Source: an uncultured Nitrospinaceae bacterium
GTDB taxonomy: Bacteria > UBA8248
Length of the DNA: 64,000 nt
NCBI GenBank assembly: GCA_964005815.1
Contig: CAXFSR010000043.1
Coordinates: 1-64,000, forward strand
Direction of reading: 5' to 3'
Part shown: in pieces, positions 29,928 to 40,376 of the stretch
Position numbering within the stretch: position 1 is the stretch's first letter
Layout of the letters: every line of letters begins with the position of its first letter
Translations under genes and position numbers: made by a program
The notes under the pieces: model-generated
Told to the model about the DNA's origin: nothing
Databases searched by the model: none
The model's input: the letters and a program-made list of their open reading frames with translations, nothing else

Positions 29928-31414
29928 GATTTCACTTTCGCATTTGCACTAGCAGCGATACCGGCTAGTCGTCCGTAAACAGCTCCTAAAGTCAGCCCAG
30001 CGCCTCCTGGATAATTGAAATAGTAAACACCTCCAACCAATTCCCCTGCTGCAAACAAACCTGGGATAACATTGTTTTCAGTATTAATGACTTCTGCTTT
30101 ATTATTTACCCTAATCCCGCCGAAAGTGAATGTAATACCCGTTGTTACGCTATAAGCTTCATATGGAGGCTCATCTATAGGTTGCGCCCAATTTGACTTG
30201 GGAGGCGAAATCCCTTTTGTACTTTTACCATCTTTCACGGTAGGGTCAAACTTAACTGGTTCAATAGATGCGTTGAATTCTTTTATAGTTTTAACAAAAT
30301 TCTCTACATTAATTTCCAATTTCTCTGCTAATTCTTCAAGTGTATCCGCTTCAGTTTTAGTCACATCTCTAATACGATATTCGTCTCTCATTAGATGCAG
30401 TGTTTTTTGATCAAAGATTTGATAGGCGGTTCTCTGAGGCTGTTCCATGATCAAGCCCCCGTATTTTGCATAAGTATAATTACGAAAATCAGCACCTTCA
30501 TCTAAAAATCTTTCTCCGTTTATATTCACAACCACTGCAAATGGATATGAATGCTTTTGAAATGATTCTCCAACAGTTAAATCTCCAAACGCTGGAGCAT
30601 TTAAATCCCATGCAACAGAATGGCAACCACTCCAGTGTCCATAAGGCTGTGCTCCAATATCTAAGGCCATCTTAATGCCATCACCCGTATTGTAAGGAGT
30701 GCCCCTAACTTTTGCCAATTCCCAACCTGGCCCTAAATATCTACAACGCATTTCACTATTAGCTTCAAATCCACCAGATGCCAGAACAACTGATGGTGCA
30801 TGCACATCATAAGATCCCTCTGGACCTCTAACAGAAACTCCGGTTACTGTTCCGTTTGAATCAGTAATTAACTTCGTGGCTTTCGATTCATATCGTATTT
30901 CGACATCCGCATTGGAAGCGGCCTCAAGAAGAGCATCAATAAGACCCCAACCGCCTCCAACAATTTCAAGTATCAACCCTCCCCAAAACCGAAGTTTTCC
31001 ATCTACCTTAAATGCTTGACGTCCACCAGCAAGAACCAATCTAAGACCCTTTGACTGCATCCACTTTAAAGTCGGAAGAGACTGATCTATTAGAGTTGAA
31101 GCTAGATCTCCATCAGTTTGATATTCAGTAACCCTTGCCAAATCATCAAAAAACTTCTCGTGGGTATATGGTTCTATTTCAATATTCTCTTTCTCTTCAT
31201 CAGAAAGATCTGGGACCAGTTCGTAAATATCTTCCATCCCCTGAAAAGCAAAACGGAACAAACCACCCGAGAAAGCAGAATTGCCACCCCTCCAGGGCTC
31301 TGGAGCTTTCTCTAAAACTAGAACCGATGCTCCTCCGTCGCGTGCAGCTAATGCTGAACACAGAGCTGCATTTCCGCAACCTATCACTACTACATCATAT
31401 TTTTTTTCATTCAT
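29924..31414 (-). CDS. tcuA: FAD-dependent tricarballylate dehydrogenase TcuA-like flavoprotein
   Basis: VIGCGNAAL, RGGNS, SGGFEAN, VRGTPYNTGDG, GITFTFGG and NYPGG motifs. Confidence 0.8.
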   Translation of the reverse strand: MNEKKYDVVVIGCGNAALCSALAARDGGASVLVLEKAPEPWRGGNSAFSGGLFRFAFQGMEDIYELVPDLSDEEKENIEIEPYTHEKFFDDLARVTEYQTDGDLASTLIDQSLPTLKWMQSKGLRLVLAGGRQAFKVDGKLRFWGGLILEIVGGGWGLIDALLEAASNADVEIRYESKATKLITDSNGTVTGVSVRGPEGSYDVHAPSVVLASGGFEANSEMRCRYLGPGWELAKVRGTPYNTGDGIKMALDIGAQPYGHWSGCHSVAWDLNAPAFGDLTVGESFQKHSYPFAVVVNINGERFLDEGADFRNYTYAKYGGLIMEQPQRTAYQIFDQKTLHLMRDEYRIRDVTKTEADTLEELAEKLEINVENFVKTIKEFNASIEPVKFDPTVKDGKSTKGISPPKSNWAQPIDEPPYEAYSVTTGITFTFGGIRVNNKAEVINTENNVIPGLFAAGELVGGVYYFNYPGGAGLTLGAVYGRLAGIAASANAKVKS

Positions 31415-31563
31415 TACGAAACTATCCTTATTTAAATTTTAAAATTTATCTCACTTAAAGGTTATTTTTCGTTTCCAATTTAATATACTCAAAGTGTATC
31501 AACTGTTCAATTACTAATTGAGGAATGATTTATAACGCCTAATTTATCCAAAAGTATACACAA

Positions 31564-32328
31564 ATGCCAAAAATACTAATTACCAATGATGACGGAATAG
31601 AATCTAAAGGTCTTGAAGCTCTATACGATGCAGCTTCTACATTCGGTGATGTCTATGTCTTCGCTCCTAGTAGCAATCAGAGCGCTACGGGACACTCGTT
31701 AACTTTAACCAGACCACTCCGTGTAAAGGAAATCAGAAAACATTGGTTTTCTGTGGACGGCACTCCTACTGACTGTGTGAATGTTGCATTAAATGGTTTC
31801 CTAGAGGATAGAACACCCGACTTAATTCTTTCTGGTATTAATATAGGCACGAATCTAGGTGATGATGTCACCTACTCTGGAACTATTGCAGCTGCCATGG
31901 AAGGTACCTTGTTAGGGATATCGTCTGTCGCTATTTCTCAAGATTGCGAAGAAAAGACTTCTACAGATTTTGGATTGGCAAAAAAATCAATTATTTTTCT
32001 TGCTCAAAAAATATTAAATGAAAAATTACCACCAAGAGTTTTTTTAAATATAAACGTACCCAATATAAGTGAAGAAGGTTGTCTTGGAATCCAAATCACG
32101 AGTCAGGGCAAACGAGTCTACGGTGACCGAATAGTAAAAAGAAAAGATCCTCGAGGAACTGATTATTTTTGGATTGGAGGTGATAAACTTAATTCAAGAA
32201 ATGAGCCAAATACGGATTTCGCTGCAATTGAATCAAATCAAATATCTATAACGCCTGTAAAAATGGACTTGACAGACGAAGAATATAAACTTCATCTTAA
32301 GAAATGGGATTTTGATGAATTTATTTAG
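31564..32328 (+). CDS. surE: 5'/3'-nucleotidase SurE
   Basis: ILITNDDG, GTPTDCV, SGIN.G.N and YSGT motifs. Confidence 0.97.
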   Translation: MPKILITNDDGIESKGLEALYDAASTFGDVYVFAPSSNQSATGHSLTLTRPLRVKEIRKHWFSVDGTPTDCVNVALNGFLEDRTPDLILSGINIGTNLGDDVTYSGTIAAAMEGTLLGISSVAISQDCEEKTSTDFGLAKKSIIFLAQKILNEKLPPRVFLNINVPNISEEGCLGIQITSQGKRVYGDRIVKRKDPRGTDYFWIGGDKLNSRNEPNTDFAAIESNQISITPVKMDLTDEEYKLHLKKWDFDEFI

Positions 32329-32338
32329 AAACAGTCCA

Positions 32339-32995
32339 ATGAACAGCGAAAAAAGATGGGAAATAGCTCGACTAGAGATGATAGAAAAACAAATCATTGG
32401 GAGAGGCATCAAAGACAAAAAAGTAATTGAAGTAATGAGCAAAGTGCCCAGACACTATTTCTGTCCAGAAGTTTTTAAGGAAGATTCTTACGCCGACAAG
32501 TCTATTCCAATAGGACACGGACAAACCATTTCACAACCCTACATGGTTGCCGCAAGCTTAGAATCACTTTCGCTGAAAGGAAATGAAAAAATCCTAGAAA
32601 TAGGCTCAGGATCTGGTTATGTAACTGCTCTTTTATGCGAAATGGGTCTTACAGTTCGAGCAATTGAACGAATTTCCATTTTGTCAGATCTAGCGAGAAC
32701 AAAACTTGAAAAACTTGGATATTCCAATTTCCTTCTATGGACAGCTGATGGTACTTACGGCTGGAATGAGGAAGCTCCTTTCGATGCCATTCTTTCTGCA
32801 GCATCTGGAGTAAGACCCCCACAACCATGGTTAGAGCAACTTACGAATACAGGAACTCTGGTAATGCCTATAGGAGATGAAAGCAATCAAAAATTAACGA
32901 AAGTAATCAGTAATAAGGATGGAACCTTCAAGGTTGAAGAAATTGTTGGATGTGTCTTTGTAAAACTTATCGGACGTCATGGCTGGAAATCATAG
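32339..32995 (+). CDS. pcm: Protein-L-isoaspartate O-methyltransferase
   Basis: VPRH, GQTISQP, LEIGSGSGY, APFDAI and FVKLIG motifs; follows surE (start 32312 or 32339). Confidence 0.96.
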   Translation: MNSEKRWEIARLEMIEKQIIGRGIKDKKVIEVMSKVPRHYFCPEVFKEDSYADKSIPIGHGQTISQPYMVAASLESLSLKGNEKILEIGSGSGYVTALLCEMGLTVRAIERISILSDLARTKLEKLGYSNFLLWTADGTYGWNEEAPFDAILSAASGVRPPQPWLEQLTNTGTLVMPIGDESNQKLTKVISNKDGTFKVEEIVGCVFVKLIGRHGWKS

Positions 32996-33008
32996 AAGGA
33001 GAACTCAT

Positions 33009-33458
33009 ATGAATAATCGACCGACCGAGATGGATCATTTTCTAACAGAACCTAGAATTGCTCGTGTCTCTTCAATAAATCAAGATGATTCTCCACATAT
33101 CGTTCCTGTAGTATATCTTTTCTTCCCTGACAAAGGCACTTTTTACTTCAATACCAAAACCTATACACTCACTATAAAAAATCTACGCAGAAACCCCAAA
33201 GTTTCAATTTGTGTTGATGATGACTCTCATCCTTTCAGAGCTGTAACTGCATCGGGAATCGCACATCTTTCACAAGAAATGCAAAGTGACCACGAGGGAC
33301 AAAAAAAACTAGTAGATCATTTTTACGGACCTGAGATGTGGAAAGAATGGGTTAAATCACCTAAAGTGGAAGGAATTAGAGTTCGTGTTACAATCGAACC
33401 AAAGAAGTGGAAATGGTGGGATCAACGCAGAAAATTATCTGGTTCAGTAAAACTCTAA
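33009..33458 (+). CDS. Pyridoxamine 5'-phosphate oxidase-like (PPOX/split-barrel) protein
   Basis: PHIVPV and NLRRNPKVSICVD motifs; ATG at 33009 after AAGGAG. Confidence 0.82.
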   Translation: MNNRPTEMDHFLTEPRIARVSSINQDDSPHIVPVVYLFFPDKGTFYFNTKTYTLTIKNLRRNPKVSICVDDDSHPFRAVTASGIAHLSQEMQSDHEGQKKLVDHFYGPEMWKEWVKSPKVEGIRVRVTIEPKKWKWWDQRRKLSGSVKL

Positions 33459-33463
33459 ATTTC

Positions 33464-34351
33464 TTAGAAAAATTTCCAACTCACAAGCAATGCTCCACCT
33501 ACAGTTAAGAAGGTGCCAATCACGATAGGCATCGTAACTTTTTCAATATCACGAAGCAAAAGATGACTTAGTATCAAAGCAAAAAAAGGCGAAGTTGAGG
33601 CTATAGGCTGGGTAATACTTATATCTCCTCTCATAACAGCATGAAAACTAAGTATAAAAGTGCCAGTATTAACTAGACCGCAAATTCCATAATAATACCA
33701 AGCCTTACCCCAAGTTAAGTTTGGCCTATAATTTTTAGGCAGAGCAAAAGAAAAACTCAGGATAAAAATGAGTCCAGAAATTGTAGTAATCGTAACACCG
33801 ATTAAAGGAGAAAATAATATTCCTAGTCCTATCTTACGTACTATAGCTCCAGCTGCAAATGAGAAAACAGCTGCCATCGGCAACCAGATATAACGCCTAT
33901 TCCAAGAAATATCTCCGCTTTTTTTGATTGAAAATAAGGCACATCCTCCAACAATCATTAAAGTTCCCATCCAAATCAGTGGTCCCGGTCTTTCTCCAAG
34001 AATCATATATGCCATAATCGCAGCTACAAGGGGTTGGATCGATTTCAATGGAACGGCTCTAGAAACCCCAAGGTGATGAATACCATAAAAAATAAAAAGC
34101 CGTCCAAGACAAGGACCTAATAGACCTGACACAAAAAAACAAAGTACTGCAGTTCTATTTATAAGACGTAAGTCGGAAAAAAGAAGAACAAGTATCAGCA
34201 AGAAAGGAACGCTTACAATTAATCCAATTACCACACCGGATGTTGCATTCGCATATCTCTGACCCATTCGGATGATAATACTAAATGTCGCTGCTCCAAT
34301 AGCTGCGCAAAAAGCAAAAATACAAGCTGTAGTTTGATCAATCATCATCAA
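33464..34351 (-). CDS. DMT/EamA family transporter
   Basis: About 10 TM helices; GVSRA, LGERPG and PFFA motifs. Confidence 0.87.
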   Translation of the reverse strand: MMMIDQTTACIFAFCAAIGAATFSIIIRMGQRYANATSGVVIGLIVSVPFLLILVLLFSDLRLINRTAVLCFFVSGLLGPCLGRLFIFYGIHHLGVSRAVPLKSIQPLVAAIMAYMILGERPGPLIWMGTLMIVGGCALFSIKKSGDISWNRRYIWLPMAAVFSFAAGAIVRKIGLGILFSPLIGVTITTISGLIFILSFSFALPKNYRPNLTWGKAWYYYGICGLVNTGTFILSFHAVMRGDISITQPIASTSPFFALILSHLLLRDIEKVTMPIVIGTFLTVGGALLVSWKFF

Positions 34352-34369
34352 ATCATCCGAACAATAGAG

Positions 34370-35251
34370 TTAGAAAATCCGCCACGAAATAATTGTTCCG
34401 CCAAGAACAATCAACAAAGTACCTATCAAAATCAAAAGGGTGATTTTTTCTTCATCTTTAAAAAAGATCCTACTAAAAAGAAGCGCAAATAAAGGCGCCA
34501 TTGAAGAAAGTGGAGTTACTATTGAAAGGTCTCCATAGTTTAGACCCACAAAATGAAAAAAAACAGAAGCGGTGTTAAGAAGACCTGAGAAAGTATAAAA
34601 TTTCCAAGCTTGGATACTTTTCAAGTTTGGTCTCTGTGGCTGAGGAAAAAAACGCGAAAAAAGAACTAGAAAGAAGAACCCCGAAACACTCATAATTGTA
34701 ATTGCCAACAACGGAGAGTCTACTACCCTAACACCCGTTTTTCTAAATACGTGAGATAAAGACAAAGATAAAACAGCAAGAAAAGGAATCCAAATATAAT
34801 TTCTATTCCAACTACTATCATTGTCTTTCTTATATGTAATCGAAATACAACCAGTAACTATCATCATTGTACCAAGCCATATAAATGGTCCAGGCCTTTC
34901 GCCTAAGAGTAAAACTCCAAAAATAGATGCAAAAAGAGGCATCGTGGAAGTAAGAGGCATAGCACGGGATACACCCAGATAATGTATTCCTGAAAAATAA
35001 AGTACTCTTCCAACTGCTGGACCAAGAAATCCAGCTATGGAAAGTAAAAATAGTGCTTTCAAATTCCACCAATGAGCTTGCCAATTAATATAAGTTAGAA
35101 ATGCAAGCACAGGAATACTTATGATCAATCCAATCAGAACTCCTGTATAAGCATTGCCGTGATGTCTTCCCTGCCTCACAATTATAGAGAATGTGCCGGT
35201 GGAAATAGCAGTTAAAATGGAAAAAATACCTGTGAGAGTAAGATCTGTCAT
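34370..35251 (-). CDS. DMT/EamA family transporter, tandem paralog
   Basis: GVSRAMP, LGERPG and SWNR.YIW shared with its neighbour. Confidence 0.87.
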   Translation of the reverse strand: MTDLTLTGIFSILTAISTGTFSIIVRQGRHHGNAYTGVLIGLIISIPVLAFLTYINWQAHWWNLKALFLLSIAGFLGPAVGRVLYFSGIHYLGVSRAMPLTSTMPLFASIFGVLLLGERPGPFIWLGTMMIVTGCISITYKKDNDSSWNRNYIWIPFLAVLSLSLSHVFRKTGVRVVDSPLLAITIMSVSGFFFLVLFSRFFPQPQRPNLKSIQAWKFYTFSGLLNTASVFFHFVGLNYGDLSIVTPLSSMAPLFALLFSRIFFKDEEKITLLILIGTLLIVLGGTIISWRIF

Positions 35252-35412
35252 ATGCCTAAAGAATAAAGTGGAATTGAGAAAGAAATCATTTTAACATTAC
35301 TCTATGGTTTAACCCATTTCATTTAGACAATTTTTACAATTGATGTTTCAGTTCAAATTATCTAAAATCCCACAATATAGAATAATTCTTTCCTTCTAAA
35401 ATAAGAAAACAA

Positions 35413-35973
35413 ATGAATCCAACTGAACAATTCGATAAAGCCTTTGAATCCGCTTTTAAAGATAGAGACAATTTCATTACTTACGTCAATACATTTTCTA
35501 AAGAACAAGCAATCTGGGAACCACCTGATAATGAATGGAGCATAATAGAAGGTATTGAGCATACCCTTTTAGTAGATGTATTTTTTAGGAAATCTGCCTT
35601 AGAAGTTCTGAATGAAGCAGAAAAGACAGGAAATTGGATTACGAAATTAGAAAATAAAGAAAAAATGTCTTTAGAAGCCTTGAGAAAAAGAGAACAAGGA
35701 TTTGTACCATCCCCAGAATCTTTACTGCCAAGAGGAAGATCTGATTTACAACAGATGATAAGGGAACTTTATCCATCGAAAATGGCTATACATGAATGTC
35801 TCATTTCTTTTCGTGAAATAGATTTATCTTCTCTAGTACCAAATCCCAGACCAAAATACGGCGCTTTAAATATTTATGAACGTATATACTATTCAGGAAT
35901 CCACGATTACCTACATCAAGAGCAAATGAACAGAGTAACTCAACACAAAAGTTTCCCTAATTTAGATCATTAA
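35413..35973 (+). CDS. DinB-family protein
   Basis: EWSIIEGIEH and HDYLHQEQ His motifs. Confidence 0.8.
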   Translation: MNPTEQFDKAFESAFKDRDNFITYVNTFSKEQAIWEPPDNEWSIIEGIEHTLLVDVFFRKSALEVLNEAEKTGNWITKLENKEKMSLEALRKREQGFVPSPESLLPRGRSDLQQMIRELYPSKMAIHECLISFREIDLSSLVPNPRPKYGALNIYERIYYSGIHDYLHQEQMNRVTQHKSFPNLDH

Positions 35974-36050
35974 CTTTTTCTTCTATGCTATTGTATTTAT
36001 TTGCATTACAGATATTCATATTTAAAAGAGAACAAAGAATATAGTCAAAT

Positions 36051-37934
36051 CTATTCTTTGATCCAGTCTTTTATTGTCTTAGGAAATCTTGATTCGTTGT
36101 AACGCCTCTTAACTGGAAGAACTTCCGTTTTAGAAAACCCTCTTCTTGCTATCAAGTAATCTTTATTTTTGCTTTTAGCAAAAATAATCGTTCGAAGTTT
36201 ATTTTCATTTTTCCCATACAAAGTAACCGTCATACGGTAATTATCAAAGTCATATTCGTTCTTTCCTATATCAGACTCCTCATATTCCAAATCTTTCAAT
36301 CTATTCAAGAAACCGTCTACTTCCGCAACGTTCACCTTTTTTTCTTTCAAATTTGTAAACTCCCAAGAGTTTTTGTCAGTTCCCCCAAAAAGACCTGCGA
36401 GAGGTCTTCTAAGAATCATTTTCTTTCCGTCTGGATATGCCACAATTAATTTCTGGATTTTCTCTATACTATCAAATACTATAAGTCTTCTATCTCTGAA
36501 GTATTTAGTTCTTCTGGTTATTTTTTCGTAATCTTTCTTTTTCAACATAAAAATTCTTTCTTGTCCGACAAATTTTCCATAGGCTTTCTTTCCATCCAAT
36601 AATTTACTTATTATAAAAGTATGGAGAGTTTCTTTGTCCTCTTTTTTCTTCTTAATATAAACATCGAATTTCCTAACATCTTTCGATTCCAGTCCATAAT
36701 CTGAAAGATTTTTTTTAGGATTATCAATATAACCTGCAGAATTAGACCACTTTATATCCCATAGCAAATCATCAATATGCTTATGCCTTCCCTTAAACTT
36801 AACTGTCCTTGTCCCAGCAGAAGATTCTACTGATACATCCCATTCTTTTTTTGATTTTCTAATTGAATCGAATGTATTTCCATCCCAAGAAAAACGTATG
36901 CGCGTAACATGATCTACATCATAATCAATCAGAGTTTTCTTTCTTATCTTGAATGTGTCCTTGGGCAAATTATTCATGGTATGTTCTTTCATCAAAAAAA
37001 CAGGCCCACCACTAAGCCTTCTCGCATAGAATAATATTTCTTTCTTCTTCTTTGCCTTGGGATCCTTTGCATTCAGAGGAGCAAAACTAATCTCTCTCTC
37101 ACCTACGATCACTCCGTCATCTGGTTTTTTTGAAGCTCTGTCTTTAAAAACATGGTAGATATACTTAGGATTATCCAATCCGTATTTAGACAAATCTTTT
37201 GGATCCTCTTCGACAAATCGAGCAACCTGATCCCAGCGTAAAGTCGAGACCACTCCTTCTGTTTCTACTGCATCTGATTCTTCATTGAGTGGATAAATCA
37301 AATTCCATTTGTCTTTGTTTTTTTCATTCCTTGTAGCATCAAAGATTTTTTTCATCCCCCTAGAGAATGCACTGACTTTATTTGCATCAGCTGGAATTGT
37401 AGTTATGAGATATTTGTCTCTGATATCAAAGATTTTCTTGTCAAATTTTTTCAAAACTGCAATATCTACAGTTGCTACTTCTCCATTGCCAAGCAAAACA
37501 TATCTAAATTTTTTTGTAGGATTTTTATTTCCTAATTTCAAAACTATATTTTTAGAATTTTTGAAATTCATTGACAAAAGTTGTTTGGTATCGCTAAGTC
37601 CAAATTCTTTAAGAGAGTCCACTTTTCCGATTCGTCTTTGTTCTTTAATCTGAGCAACCACTTTCAACATTTTATCCAAAACGTCTTCATCAACGCTGGC
37701 AACAATAGGTTTAATTATAGAAAAACCTTTCCCATTACGTTTTAATACATATTTGTTGTTTTTACCGTAAAAAGAGAGCCTTTCTAGATTTGAAGTTTCA
37801 TTAGAACCGATTAATTTAAGGCTGATTTCTTTTTTCTTTTGAACTTCTTTTGCCCATTTAACATCATATAGATAGTAGGCTGAAGATAGGACTACCAGGA
37901 TAAGTAATAGGAATAAATTTTTCTTGCCATTCAC
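36051..37934 (-). CDS. DUF4340 multi-domain exported protein
   Basis: N-terminal anchor; repeated L..(Y/F)GL..P and ..RDK modules; last gene of the Gld-like operon. Confidence 0.75.
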   Translation of the reverse strand: MNGKKNLFLLLILVVLSSAYYLYDVKWAKEVQKKKEISLKLIGSNETSNLERLSFYGKNNKYVLKRNGKGFSIIKPIVASVDEDVLDKMLKVVAQIKEQRRIGKVDSLKEFGLSDTKQLLSMNFKNSKNIVLKLGNKNPTKKFRYVLLGNGEVATVDIAVLKKFDKKIFDIRDKYLITTIPADANKVSAFSRGMKKIFDATRNEKNKDKWNLIYPLNEESDAVETEGVVSTLRWDQVARFVEEDPKDLSKYGLDNPKYIYHVFKDRASKKPDDGVIVGEREISFAPLNAKDPKAKKKKEILFYARRLSGGPVFLMKEHTMNNLPKDTFKIRKKTLIDYDVDHVTRIRFSWDGNTFDSIRKSKKEWDVSVESSAGTRTVKFKGRHKHIDDLLWDIKWSNSAGYIDNPKKNLSDYGLESKDVRKFDVYIKKKKEDKETLHTFIISKLLDGKKAYGKFVGQERIFMLKKKDYEKITRRTKYFRDRRLIVFDSIEKIQKLIVAYPDGKKMILRRPLAGLFGGTDKNSWEFTNLKEKKVNVAEVDGFLNRLKDLEYEESDIGKNEYDFDNYRMTVTLYGKNENKLRTIIFAKSKNKDYLIARRGFSKTEVLPVKRRYNESRFPKTIKDWIKE

Positions 37935-37949
37935 CTTAGACGCCTTCTT

Positions 37950-39593
37950 TTATCTTAACCTTCTTCTACTTACATAAACGGCAGTTCCAATCAAAATGAT
38001 AAAAATCGGGATAACAAGAAACGTTAATATCCATACATAAGATCCTTCATTTCCTTCAATTAGCAATGGATCACCCGTTCTAGTTTTAGGTCTTATAGAA
38101 ATCAAATCTTTCTCTCCACCTAACCAGTTCATTGAATTTAAGACTAAATTTGAATTTCCTTGCATACGAATATATCCATCGGTTGCAAAATCCACATCTC
38201 CATAAACAACCATTCTTGCTTCTTTTTTGTTAATTTTAGATTGGAAGGAGGCTGCAGCACCAAGTGTAACAGGACCAGAATTAATGCTTTTCTCATCATA
38301 GGACAACTCTTTATCACTCACCTCTACCTTTGGGACCCAGAAACTTCCTTTGCCAGTTTTGACTAGTTCCTCACCCTTTAAGCCAATTTTAGGGTCTGCT
38401 TTAAAATTAACTATTCTTGAGGTAGGAAAAACTGTTGCCAATCCTTTTAAACTTTTTGTAATTTCATGAATACCGTAACTAGCAACAAAAGGAGTTAGAG
38501 CATTCCCACCAACCATTGCAAACCTAACTGCCTGGGGATCTATCACATATGATTTTGGGGTTTTAAATCCATATTTATTTAATAGCGAATAAAGATTTTC
38601 AAAGGAATTCTCATCCATGCCGAAATTCGGCTCTAAGAAAACTAAAAGTCTACCCCCCTTATCCATATAATCTTTTAAGAATTTAGATTCGATAGAGGTA
38701 AGATCTTTTTTAGGATCTGCAATTACTAAAATTCTAGCATCTTTCGGAACTGCCTTCTCTCTTACAAGTAACAAAGGCTCTGTTTTGTAATTATCTCCCC
38801 TAAGGAAATTTGCGAGCGCAAATAAGTTTTTACGACTTTTTCCTCCAGCAAAAAGTCTTTCGCCATGACCAGTCAAAAAATATACTTTTTTCTGTTCTGT
38901 CTGAACTGTTTTTAATATAGCGTTAACAATTGCATTTTCCGACAAGGAATATATTTTTTCTGATCTGAAATTTTTAGATAAAGGCATTTTTCCTTTACCA
39001 ACTTTGGACTTTAATTTTGCTGAAGGTATTTTATTGGGAAATCTATGGACCACAACAATAGTGCCGTAATGTTCGACATCATACAATTTTGCAGCTGTTG
39101 GATTCGCATCTAGGTCAATAAATTTAAAACTAACTTGACTTGTATGCCTAGTGTACCTTTCCAAAGCCTCTTTTATAGAAGGCTGTCGTAATTTTTTAAT
39201 AAAAGCAATAAGTTCAATGCTGACTTTTTCTCTATCTAGTTTTTTCAAAACTTTTACTGTTTTACTAGAAAGACTATGAAACTTACCTGGAGTAATATCC
39301 CAAATATGAAAATGTTTAAAAGAGAAGAGATTTAAAACAAAAATCAGGGAAACAACCACGAAACACATTATGGTTACTTGTATTCCTGACTTAGTTGATC
39401 TTTGGCTAAAACCTTTCTTCAATTCCGAGCTAGATGACCATAACGCAACAACAAAAAGTATAACACCTAAGAAACCGGTTACATAAACCCAGTAAGAAAC
39501 GCCTTCAAAAAGATCTCTGCCTGCCCAACCGGTTATGGTAAGAACAAGAAAAAAAGCTGAGGCTATAAAAATATACAGTGATTGACTTGCCAA
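37950..39593 (-). CDS. GldG-like ABC transporter auxiliary component
   Basis: DIT.GK.HSLS..T, YFLTGHGE, GGRLLVFLEP, GDVDF and LN..NWL motifs; N- and C-terminal TMs. Confidence 0.88.
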   Translation of the reverse strand: MASQSLYIFIASAFFLVLTITGWAGRDLFEGVSYWVYVTGFLGVILFVVALWSSSSELKKGFSQRSTKSGIQVTIMCFVVVSLIFVLNLFSFKHFHIWDITPGKFHSLSSKTVKVLKKLDREKVSIELIAFIKKLRQPSIKEALERYTRHTSQVSFKFIDLDANPTAAKLYDVEHYGTIVVVHRFPNKIPSAKLKSKVGKGKMPLSKNFRSEKIYSLSENAIVNAILKTVQTEQKKVYFLTGHGERLFAGGKSRKNLFALANFLRGDNYKTEPLLLVREKAVPKDARILVIADPKKDLTSIESKFLKDYMDKGGRLLVFLEPNFGMDENSFENLYSLLNKYGFKTPKSYVIDPQAVRFAMVGGNALTPFVASYGIHEITKSLKGLATVFPTSRIVNFKADPKIGLKGEELVKTGKGSFWVPKVEVSDKELSYDEKSINSGPVTLGAAASFQSKINKKEARMVVYGDVDFATDGYIRMQGNSNLVLNSMNWLGGEKDLISIRPKTRTGDPLLIEGNEGSYVWILTFLVIPIFIILIGTAVYVSRRRLR

Positions 39594-39596
39594 GAT

Positions 39597-40376
39597 TTAC
39601 CCCCTCCACCGATGAGATTCTAGTGACCTTAGCGAAAGAAATAAACAGATAAAAATCAAACTCAAGAAAAAGATTATATCTCTTGTATCAATAATTCCCG
39701 CAACAAAATTTTTCAAATGCAATCCAATAGACATTTGACGCAATACTGTCGAAACTATCGCGGGTGCGGATGCTGAAAGAAATTCAACAATAAAACTCAA
39801 TAACAAAATCATAAACGCCGACATCGCGGCTATGATTTGATTTGACGTCCAAGAACTAGCCAAAAGACCTACCGAAAGAAACGAACAACCCATTAGAAAA
39901 ATTCCTAAGAACGATGACGCTATTACTGACCACTCCACTCTGACAAAAGTGCTTAATAGAACAGGATAAATCAATAAAATTAAAAGCATCAGTAGATAAA
40001 TAGAAACTACTGAAAGAAACTTACCTAAAAGAATTTGAGTGTCTTTAATAGGATAAGTCAGGAGCATCTCCATAGTCCCCTGTTTTTTTTCTTCACTAAA
40101 CAATTTCATTGTAAGAAGAGGAGTTATAAACAACAGAGTTACACTCACACTAGCAAAAACCTGCTGAGAGAGGATCCACGATGTAGGGGTTATATTATAT
40201 TGCGCAGCTAATTGGGGATTTCGAGAAAGTTGCATCGATATCATTCCATACTGTGCAAACGCACTGGAGAAAAAACCACCCATAAACAAACTCCATACAC
40301 CCAAAACTACATAAGCAATAGGTGAAAAAAAGAAACTTGAAAGTTCTCTTTTGCATACAACCAAGACACTATTCAT
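39597..40376 (-). CDS. GldF-like ABC-2 permease
   Basis: RELSSFF.SPIAY, EEKKQGTME.LLT.P and NQIIAA motifs; ATG at 40376 preferred. Confidence 0.9.
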   Translation of the reverse strand: MNSVLVVCKRELSSFFFSPIAYVVLGVWSLFMGGFFSSAFAQYGMISMQLSRNPQLAAQYNITPTSWILSQQVFASVSVTLLFITPLLTMKLFSEEKKQGTMEMLLTYPIKDTQILLGKFLSVVSIYLLMLLILLIYPVLLSTFVRVEWSVIASSFLGIFLMGCSFLSVGLLASSWTSNQIIAAMSAFMILLLSFIVEFLSASAPAIVSTVLRQMSIGLHLKNFVAGIIDTRDIIFFLSLIFICLFLSLRSLESHRWRG

